Source of the DNA: Gekko japonicus
Lineage: Eukaryota
NCBI RefSeq assembly: GCF_001447785.1
Contig: NW_015164710.1
Span: forward strand, 124,281-188,280
DNA length: 64,000 nucleotides
Direction: 5' to 3'
Position 1 is the first letter of the stretch. Every line of letters starts with the position of its first letter. The notes below the pieces were generated by a model. It was not told the DNA's origin. It ran no database searches and saw nothing but the letters and a program-made list of their open reading frames with translations. Of the stretch, positions 49,133 through 58,446 are shown in pieces. Both the position numbers and the translations under genes were made by a program.

Positions 49133-49670
49133 CTAACAGAACACTGTCTGCAGTTTTTGTAATGCCTTACCTATTAAAAAAGGGCTAACCTTAAAAGAAG
49201 CTGAACATTAAAGGAAGGCGTGTAGAACGTCACTGAACAAGAGGCCTCTTCAGCTACTGCTCCCAAATGACATCATTCCAGGATGTATCTTTATCCCCCC
49301 TGTATCCCTTCTTCTTAAATTCGATTTGTGAGAACTGACAGTGCGGATAAGAACCGCAGACACTCGGGGCTTTGGGACTCGTCTTCCCCTGTATCCTTTC
49401 CTCAGTTGACATAAGGGGACGGTGCTGACTCTTGCCCAACACGAAGAGCTGTGCTAAGAAAAGATCGCTTCATATCCCAGTGCCATTGGTTCACCCATTC
49501 AACTATTAAGGCATCCTCCAAGCATACAAAAAAGAACGAAGCCAGAAAATTAAGAGCAAAACAACGTAATTTACAGCTGCTGCAGCTTGACACCCAAACC
49601 ATTCTTTACATTGTCAAAGCATTGTGAAAACATGAGTTAATTGTTTTGTTTTTAGTTCCCTGAAGGGGAA

Positions 49671-49814
49671 NNNNNNNNNNNNNNNNNNNNNNNNNNNNNN
49701 NNNNNNNNNNNNNNNNNNNNNNNNNNNNNNNNNNNNNNNNNNNNNNNNNNNNNNNNNNNNNNNNNNNNNNNNNNNNNNNNNNNNNNNNNNNNNNNNNNNN
49801 NNNNNNNNNNNNNN
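49671..49814. other. Assembly gap (144 N)
   Basis: Run of N. Confidence 1.
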
Positions 49815-50865
49815 TCCTTCCCCCCACCCTGAAAGTAAGGGGGAAAAAATAGAGATTTCACAAATAGCTGCTGCTACTAATATTGCTGCTTAATTGGAGA
49901 GAGCGCTTATCTAAGCGTTGCTTTATCACCACGAATTTACCATTGGTTTACTTTAGCCAGCAGCGAACTCTAAACCAAATTCTAAGTCCTGTTGCCAGGC
50001 ATCCTTTGGCCTTGGGAAAAATGTTCTGTAGCTGCGGTTTAGGAGCAGGTAACCCTGAAGAAATGAGAACAAAGACACTTTTCTCCTAGGTAGATGCCCT
50101 AGAGCAGTTGATTTTTGATGAGGGGAGGAGATACTTCTTCTGGGATGTCTGCCAGATTTCTTCAGGGCAGCGTTTCAAAGTGGGTGATCATGGAGAGATA
50201 CCTGTCAGAGGCCAGGAGTTAAGTGTTTTTGTGTGTATATGCCTCTGATAATCTGTGGTTTTAGAGAATGTGAGGTTTGTATTGTAGCCGACAGCAACTG
50301 ATCCACATTCTTCCTCTGAATTTGGGAACTGAAGAGCTGGTCACAAATATTGCAATGTTTTCAATTATTTCCGTTTGTCTTTGTGCGTTTCAGTGAACAA
50401 CTGGCTTGACAATCCACAAAAGCTTTCAGAAGCGACATCTGTGATTAGAAAAACTGCATCTTAGAAGTTTCTCTAGTCACGGAAATAGCTGTTGCAATCT
50501 TTCGGACATTACACTGTTCATGCAAGCAGACCCTTGCAAGGATTAGTTTGCTGCAGTAACCTCTGTACCCCTTCAAAGATGGAAAGATTCTGCAAAACTA
50601 GAATCCTTTCGGTGTTTATGCTCAGTGGACATAGAAGTTGCTATGGGATATGCAGCTTGTCAAGGGATACGTGTCTCCTTTGAACTATAGATCCCAAGAA
50701 GTTTTGTATTCACTGTGGACCTGGTCTTTTTATGAGCAGAGCCTGTGCCCGCGACCTCTCCCTCCCTCCCGCTGGATTTAAAGGGCCGTCCAGCTGAAGC
50801 ACTTTAAATTGGGCAAGAGGGGAGGGAGAGGAGTGGCCCGGCGGGTGGTTGCTCTTGGTGTAGTG

Positions 50866-51152
50866 GTTTGGTGTAGTGGTTAAGTGCGCGGACTCTAATC
50901 TGGGAGAACCGGGTTTGATTCCCCACTCCTCCACGTGCACCTGCTGATGTGACCTTGGGTCAGTCACAAGCTCTGGCACAGCTGTCCTTGAAAAAGAGCA
51001 GTTTGTGTCAGAGTTCTCTCAGCCCCACCCACCTCACAGGGTGTCTGTTGTGGGGAGGGGAAGGAAAGGAGTTTGTAAGACGCTCTGAGACTCCAAGTGA
51101 AGGGCAGGGTATAAATCCAATCTCCTCCTCCTCCTCCTCCTCCTCCTCCTCC
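50866..51152 (+). mobile_element. Squam3-type SINE with (TCC)n tail
   Basis: Highly similar to 47996-48287. Confidence 0.85.
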
Positions 51153-52042
51153 TTCTGTGTGTGTGTGTGGCTTCCCCCAACCACTAGCTCAGCAGGGGCA
51201 GATTGAAGCCCCCAGAAGCGGGGGGGGAGAGACACACCGCTGCCCGGACCTGGGGGCTGGGTAATCCTAGCAGGAAATTCACAACTACCTCCCCCCACCA
51301 CCAGTGACCCATGCTCCATGGACAGAAAATGGCAAAAAAACCTTCCAGGATCCCTGGCCAAACTGGCCTGGAGAAAATTGCTTCCTGTCTTCAAAGTGGC
51401 AATCAGCATTTCCCTGGTTGTGTAATAAAGGGCACTTTCTACCACCACCAGTCAAAGACAAGCTTTGACAGCGGAGAGGAAGTGGAGTAGGATGTGTGTG
51501 TGACTACTAAACACCCCTTGCCTCCAACATGAGACCCTGGGGGTGTCTGTTCGGCACTGAGGAGGGTGGTAGTGCTGGGGCAGGGGCAGGACTCTAGCTT
51601 TGGCAAGCACCATGCCCAGGTGTTAAAGCAAGGGCTTACCTTTTGCAGATAATGCTCTTATGATGCTCTGCATGGAGAAAATGCAGGTCCCCATGGTACA
51701 AGTAGCAAGTCCAGGGAGACTGCTTAGGATAAGGGCACGAGGCTTACTCCCTTTCCTTATACCATGGTTGAGATTTGAATCAGGATCCGGTGTGCACCTT
51801 GAGGGCTTGCGCTTTGAACTCCCAGTGTCACATTTCATTTGACCCTTATACCCCAGTTAACATGTGGCTGATTGTATGGAATCAAAATGCCCCTTAAATG
51901 TTTTAAGCCTGGCCCTGACCTGGATAGAAACCAAAGGAAAAAAAAGGGGGGGGGGACTCAACCCAAAATGTAGCTGCAATCTAAGAGGGTCAAGCTACAG
52001 GTAAATTAATATAAAAAATATACTAACGTTTATTAGGGTGTA

Positions 52043-52393
52043 GGAGCTGCGGTGGCTCAAGTGGTTAAGACGCTGAATTGCAGGCTGTGGAAGGTCAGTA
52101 GTTCAGCAGTTCGAGACCCGGGCGCCGCATGATGGAGTGAGCTCCCATCTCTAGTTCCAGCTCCTGCCAACCTAGCAGTTCGAAAGCAAGAAATTGCAAG
52201 TAGATAAATAGGTACCACTTTGGTGGAAAGGTAACAGCGTTCCGTGCGCCTTGGTGTTGAGTCATGCCGGCCACATGACCATGGAAACATCTTCGGACAG
52301 CGCTGGCTCTTAGGCTTTGAAACGGAGATGAGCACCGCAACCCTAGAGTCGGATTCGACTGGCTTTCGAGCAAGGGAACCTTTACCTTTACCT
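52043..52393 (+). mobile_element. Sauria SINE, full length
   Basis: 14-bp TSD TTTATTAGGGTGTA. Confidence 0.95.
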
Positions 52394-52816
52394 TTTATTA
52401 GGGTGTACATATAAATAGAACATAAAAAAGGTTAAAAGTAACAGTCTAAATATCAGACTCAAAGAAAATATTTCATTCAGAACGGATTGTTATACATATC
52501 CAATAGATGGGTAAAACATTTGACCTAAGGACCATACGTGTTTCGCCCCCTTCGGGCCTTCCTCACTGGTCAGTATTCCTTATTTTACAATGACACACAT
52601 CCAGAAATACATGCATAAAGAATGATATATAGATATATGACCAGGTGTTGCTTTCTTACATGCTTTGCAGTTATTGCAAGTTTGTGTAATGGGCCATGGA
52701 TAGTAGCTGTGCAAATTCACCAAATTATTCTGGTATCGAATATCCCATTCATCAGGATGTGTGTCGCTTCCATCAAAGGTAATAGTCAATCAGTTCTGAA
52801 TGAAATATGTTGAAAG

Positions 52817-53366
52817 GAGTCTCAGAGCGGCTTACAAACTCCTTACCCTCCCCCTCCCCACAACAGACACCCTGCGAGGTAGGTGGGGCTGAGAGAACTC
52901 TTGACAGAAACTGCTCTTTTTCAAGAACAGCTCTGACAGAACTATGGCTTGCCGAAGGTCACCCAGCTGGCTGCATGTGGAGAAGTGGGGAATTGAAAAG
53001 TATGCAGACGGAGAGTGATTTCAGCAAAGCGTACTTTATTCGATCAGGAACAAGAAGACTTTGGTCGGCTTGCAGGCCGGCTTATATTTCCTGAGAAACC
53101 GCCACCCAAAACACTCCCCCCACTTCCCAATAGGTTATTTACAGTGGCCGAGAGTCCCATAGACTCTCGGCCGGGAACCTAGCCCACTGATTGGAGCGGG
53201 CTAGGATCCGCATAGTCCATTGTCTCTTGGAGCGAAGCTCGATGTTTGTGCCTGACCCCGTGGAGCCCAAGCAGGCCACGCGGTCTGGACTGGATACATT
53301 ACAGGAATCAAAGCCGGTTCTCCCAGATTAGAGTGCGCACTTAACCACTACACCAAACTGGCTCTC
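52817..53366 (-). mobile_element. Squam3-type SINE interrupted by a solo LTR
   Basis: SINE sequence is continuous across the 52994-53303 insertion once one GGAAT is removed. Confidence 0.85.
52994..53303 (-). mobile_element. Solo LTR (310 bp)
   Basis: TG...CA termini; 5-bp TSD GGAAT (52989-52993, 53304-53308); minus-strand CCAAT, ATATAAG and AATAAA in U3-R-U5 order. Confidence 0.9.
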
Positions 53367-53844
53367 ACACTAGACTGCCCGCCCCCCCCAAATTTGAAGC
53401 CTGTGGAACAGACCTGTGCAGGATTTTGGGCCTTGCAGAATGTAAAAAAGAAAAGTCGTCCTACCATTGGTCATAATCAGTCCATCATTACTCCCTAGTG
53501 CTGGGACTGCCGGTGGATTCACTAAGGACTCCAGCTGCCTTCTCCCCTTGCCAGAAAGATAAGGAGGTGTCGGGTCTGGTGCCGTTGTGGCGTGAGAAAT
53601 AGCTAGCTAACAACCCCCCCCCCCCAATAGAGAGCTTCCCAGCTCCTTGCTGGTGCTGACAAGCAAGATTGGCCTCAGCAAGGATTTGGAGATAAATGGC
53701 ATAGGGAGTGTCACTGCGAATCTCCATGCATGTCCTTTTGGCCGATAGAGCCAAGCTGACAGACAGCTGTACCAGGGAATCCCGATAGCACTCCATGCCC
53801 CAAAGCCTGCAGCTGGGGGACTAAATAAAACTTCCTCTGAATTG

Positions 53845-54056
53845 TGGTTTCAGGTGGGGTAGCCATGTTGGCCTGAGGTAGAAGAGGAGGATTCCAGTCC
53901 AATAGCACGCCTAGGGACCAACAAGGTTTCCAGGGTAGAAGCTTTCAAGACTCAAAGCTCCCTTCTCTGACAAAAGGAAACCTTGACTCTCGAAAGCTTA
54001 TACCCTGGATATCTTGTTTTGTCTTTAAGATGCTACCAGACTCAAATCTCGCTCTT
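53845..54056. mobile_element. Penelope-like inverted terminal fragment
   Basis: Arms ACCAACAAGGTTTCCAGGGTAGAAGCTTTC / GAAAGCTTATACCCTGGATATCTTGTT; hammerhead-like remnant 53967-54002 (+). Confidence 0.68.
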
Positions 54057-54145
54057 GTGTGCCTCCTGACTTCACCTAAATTCGGATACTAATACTGAGT
54101 AGGGGTTGCTTCCACATGGATGTTTTGCTTCACTTTGTCTCCCAT

Positions 54146-54351
54146 CAATGCTCCCTCTAAGCTGTGGAGTCTTGTGAGCAGAAATTCTACTTTGTGAGCA
54201 ACTGGCATTAAAGTTGTGAGCAAGTGATCTGGCTGCTGCATGAATTAGTTTGCTCTGGAGCCATCCTTCCTGAGCTAAGACAAAAATGTGTGATCCAGAG
54301 GCTAAAAAACTGTGAGCTAGCTCACACTAGCTCAGCATAGAGGGAACACTG
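54146..54351 (-). mobile_element. hAT-type MITE family A
   Basis: TIRs present; TSD TCTCCCAT/CCTCCCAC. Confidence 0.92.
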
Positions 54352-55951
54352 CCTCCCACACTAGACTTCTTTTTCCCCTCCAGAGCATCTTCACGATGTA
54401 ATCATGCAATTGGCCATCTTCCAGACGTGTACAGCTCTGATCTGGATTGAGACTGGGCATGCAGGGAGAGGAAGTTTAAGCCTTTCCTCCCATGCTGTTT
54501 TTGTGTCCTGAAATGTCCCTGGGGAGCTGCCGTTTACCCTGTCGGGGAAAGCAATGGGTACTGATGGGCTGCGTGTAAATTTCTCCAGTAGGGCAAATAG
54601 CGGAGCTGTTTCAGGTCAGGGAAATAGCATGGGTGGGAAATCATCCTGGCTACGTAGAGCCAAAGACGAACTACCCTGCACGTGGCAAATTTTCTAGCCG
54701 TTGTTGCCACATCACATGACAACTTTTGTAGTAGCAGCCTTTAAGTTCTTCCATGTTTTCCTGTGAAACGAGGTTTATGGTGGGACGAGGGTTTGCTGTT
54801 TATGACTCTGGCTCGAAAAACAGTACAAAGTAATAAGTAAAACAAATTAACCCCCCTTTCCCTGTGCACACTGGTCCCAGTCCGAATCAGGACCACACAT
54901 ACCTGGGACTTAAGGTCCCAACACAGAACTCCCAAAGAATGAGAGGACTGGAACGGTCATGTGAGGACACAAGAACTATATAACGTGTGAATTGTCCCAT
55001 CTGCTTGTTCCACAATCTTTTCCCTTCCTATAAGTTGTGTTCCCCCCTACAGGGCCTGAAGGCTGCACGATCCTCTAGTTGATAATAATTTTAATCTTAT
55101 TGCTTATGTTGTGGTATGCCATCTGAAGAGATAAATGGCTGAGGCTTGTCACTAAACGGAAATAATGTGTGAAAGCAAAATAGAATTTCCGAGAGTGAAC
55201 TCAGTTGTAAACAGAGAGAGTGTGCTCTCTCCTGCTCCTAGACTACTGAGCGAGTGAGCTCTCTGTGCTTTCTTATCTCTTCTATTGTGGCCTTCCTGGT
55301 TTTATTTTTCTTTGGGCTCTGGCCAAATCAATTATAGGGATATATTTATGGGCAAAAGAACAGCTACTTTTAAAGTGGTTTTTTCCTAAGGTTAAAAATT
55401 CCTACCTAATGCAGCCCTTTGGGGTGTACCGCAAGCTTGTCATATGAAATAAATTAGCTCATTTATTAGCTTCTTAAAGAAATAATGTAGCTTGTTAATG
55501 ACGCTTACCCCAGTTGTGATTAAGCGACTGATGGAAAGTACCCCCTTCCCCCTACTACAGTCAAGAACCACTTTGACTGATGGACTTAGGTCAGTCTGTG
55601 GGACCTCATCCCTTGGGCCGTAAAAGACCCTCGCTTAATTAACTCTTAAATAGAGATCCAGAAACTGATTTGTTTTATGGGCTTGCTTTGGAAACGGAAT
55701 CTGGTAGGTGGTAGCACTGAGGCCAAAACAAACCCCCCTTCTGTAAGATCTTAAAGATCCAGTAGCATTCAGATCCCTCCAGGCTTTCACATTACAAAAC
55801 GGATCAAATGGATAGTGTCAGCAGAGAGCCAGGAACAGAACTGTGAAATTTGCCCAAGGCCTCCCCAGTAAGAGCCTGGATGAATGAGTGAGCATTTGAT
55901 CCCAGGTCTCTTGAGTCCAGCACTGCAGCCACTGGGCTTTCTTGCTTCTCT

Positions 55952-56198
55952 CTTTTTTATGGGGGTATTTTTGTATTTTGTGTGTGTGTGTGTGCACCCA
56001 TGCCTGGAAGTCATGGCGACCTATAGCGACTCCTACTGGGGCATGGAGGCTGTTCAGAGAAGTGGCTTGATAACCTGCCTCTGCCTCCTGACCTTGGTAT
56101 TCGTTGGAGGTCTCCCATCCAAGTACTTGCCAGAGATGGCCCTGCGTAGCTTCCAAGATCTGATGAGATCGGGCTTGCCTGGGCTATCCAGGTCAGGG
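55952..56198 (-). mobile_element. 5S rRNA-derived SINE (tail type B), ~220 bp upstream of exon 3
   Basis: TSD GGCT(T/G)TCTTGCTTCTCT; antisense 5S-like head ending GGTCAGGG. Confidence 0.9.
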
Positions 56199-56417
56199 TG
56201 GCTGTCTTGCTTCTCTTAATAGTTGAATGTAATTGTTTATGTGTCATCTGTCCCCAGGAACAAGTGTTTTTCTAATGCACTAATATGAGGTAAGGAATCT
56301 CTGGCTGTTATCAGAGCATCACCTTTATCAATGACTATCAGTGATCAATGAGCATCACGGTTATCAACAATGGTAACATCGTCTCTATTGACAGTTGTGA
56401 TTTTTGTTGTTTTCCAG

Positions 56418-56555
56418 GTCCACAGAGTAAGGTGTCCAGATGCCAGCCCAATGAGCACAACTGCTTGGGTACTGAGCACTGCATCCCCATGACCGAGCTG
56501 TGCAACGGGGAGAATGACTGTGTGGATGGCTCAGATGAAGGAGTCCATTGCCGAG
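56418..56555 (+). CDS. LRP1: LRP1 coding exon 3 (LDL-receptor class A repeat CR2)
   Basis: Acceptor ttttccAG; 138-nt phase 1-1 exon encoding (C)[45 protein letters not shown]; donor G|GTAAAT. Splices in frame to exon 2 (T+GT = Cys). Matches LRP1 [21 protein letters not shown]. Confidence 0.97.
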
Positions 56556-57190
56556 GTAAATATGCTCCAGTGTTGTCTGTTCTGGCCATATCTCTGTGCT
56601 GAAGTTTGTGCTGTTGAAGAAGCAGTGGGTGAAGCTGAATGCTGGACCGGACAATTAGGAGAGCTGTATCCTAGAACTTGGCTGGAATTTCCCTCTGAGC
56701 TCCAGTCGTGGTGTTGCAGCAAAAATGACTGATGCATCTTTGTTGTTTTAATAAAAGGATGGGAGTGGTGTTACAGTTGTGAGGGTGGTAGCAAATCAGT
56801 GCAGAGGCATAACAAACAGGAACTAGGTATATTAGATGTACAGTGAGGAGGAGCAGGAAAAAGTTTCCATCAGTATTTTTTTAAAAAAATATATATTTTT
56901 AATGGGGTCTGAAGTCATATTTTCATGGGTTGCAAAACAGCACCGTGTGCATGACTCATATTTGTGCTTTACTTCTAACTTGCACGTCTTTCATTTTAGT
57001 CATTACGGAAATGAATAAAAGCCCGTGGCAGCTGCCTTTCGGACAAAAGGGCTGGAGATTCATGTTGTCTGACCGGCTGGTCTTTTTATACCCTGACATT
57101 CTCTTCTCTGAGGAAACAGTTCAAGGAAGGGATGGTTTACAGGAATGGGACGTTGTGCTTAATCCTCTTGCCTGACACTTTGCCCTAGAA

Positions 57191-57362
57191 CCGGGGTGGC
57201 CAAACTTGCTTAACGTAACAGCCACACAGAATAAACATCAGATGTTTGAGAGCCACAAGACATGAACAAATATTACACGTTTTTATTGAAAAATAGGCCA
57301 ATTTGCTTTTTATGAGCATTAAATTAGACTGCGGCTCCCGAGCTGCAGTTTGGCCGCCCCTG
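57191..57362. mobile_element. hAT-type MITE
   Basis: TIRs CCGGGGTGGCCAAACT / AGTTTGGCCGCCCCTG; perfect TSD CCCTAGAA. Confidence 0.9.
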
Positions 57363-58053
57363 CCCTAGAAGCTCCCCCCCCCTGCCCTGCCTCAACTGTG
57401 GTTCTCCCCAAGCCAGGGGGAAGTGATGGGAACATGGGTCTGGAGCCCTGAGCTTGGGTGAAAGGCCTGGGCAGATCGGTGGGGGGAAGGGAAGCGTAGC
57501 GCTAACATCAGGCAGGGGAAGGGTTAAGTGTCCCAACCTCCCCCCCCCATTGCTTCTCTGCTGCGAACGGCTTGCTCCTGATTCTGCTTGTCCAGAAGAG
57601 AAGCAGGAGACAGGATTCCAGATGACAGCCGGGCTGCACAAGTGAACAGCTCAGCCCGGCGTCGTGAGTTGGGTTGGATCCTGGGAATCGTGAGAGCCCG
57701 GCAGATTTCCCCTGCCTTCCTTTGAAGTGCGGAGTGGTGATTTCACCCCGGTTTCCTCTCTGCAGCACCCCTCCACAGGAGTCCCCTGAAAACCAGCTAT
57801 GCCTTTTCTGGCTCACGCACAAGACGGCTGTTCCAGAAAGGTGAAAATATGGGGAAGAGCTGCAGGCCTCCTTGCGCTTGCAGTTCTCAAGATCCGACCT
57901 GGTGTGCCACATAACTTCCTTTTAAACGACTCATATGAACACACACGAAGTTGCCTTATACCGAATTAGACCGTCAGACCCTCAAGGTCTGTCTTGTCTA
58001 CTCAGACTAGCAGAGGCTCTCCAGGGTCTCGGCAGAGAGGTCTTTCACGTCAC

Positions 58054-58446
58054 CAGGGCTCTTTTTGTAGAAAAAGCCCAGCAGGAACTCATTAGCATAA
58101 TAGGCCACACCCAACAGCACACACTCGTTAGCATATTAGGCCACACCCCTGAAAGCACCGCATATTAGCATATTAGGCCGCACCCCCATGTTACCAGAAG
58201 TGTGGTCATCCAGCCACACCCACCTTTTGCTTCTTATTCTGTTTACCTTTGTTGTCAAAACCCAGAGCTTTTTTTGTAGCAGGAACTCCTTTGCATGTTA
58301 GGCCACACACCCCTAATGTAGCCAATTCTAATGAGTTTCTGATGTTGGGTGTGGCCTATTATGCTAATGAGTTCCTGTTGGCTGTGGCCAACTCAGGAGC
58401 CAGCCGGAACTCTGTTCCTGTGCGTTCCTGCCCAAAAATAGCCCTG
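58054..58446. mobile_element. hAT-type MITE inserted in a tRNA-derived SINE
   Basis: TIRs CAGGGCTCTTTTTG / CAAAAATAGCCCTG; perfect TSD CACGTCAC; internal TTAGCATATTAGGCCACACCC repeats. Confidence 0.9.

Larger units (their letters stand above)
40415..56417 (+). other. LRP1: LRP1 intron 2 (16,003 bp, GT-AG)
   Basis: Defined by the exon 2 donor and exon 3 acceptor; includes one N gap, so true length is approximate. Confidence 0.9.

Noticed and set aside
40292-56555. LRP1B, LRP2 or VLDLR as alternative identities
   Set aside because: [24 protein letters not shown] and [12 protein letters not shown] are LRP1-specific; only EGVHC resembles LRP1B.
58086-58190. Short spaced repeats (TTAGCATATTAGGCCACACCC) resembling a CRISPR array
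   Set aside because: Eukaryotic context, irregular spacing, and internal to a hAT MITE with an 8-bp TSD.
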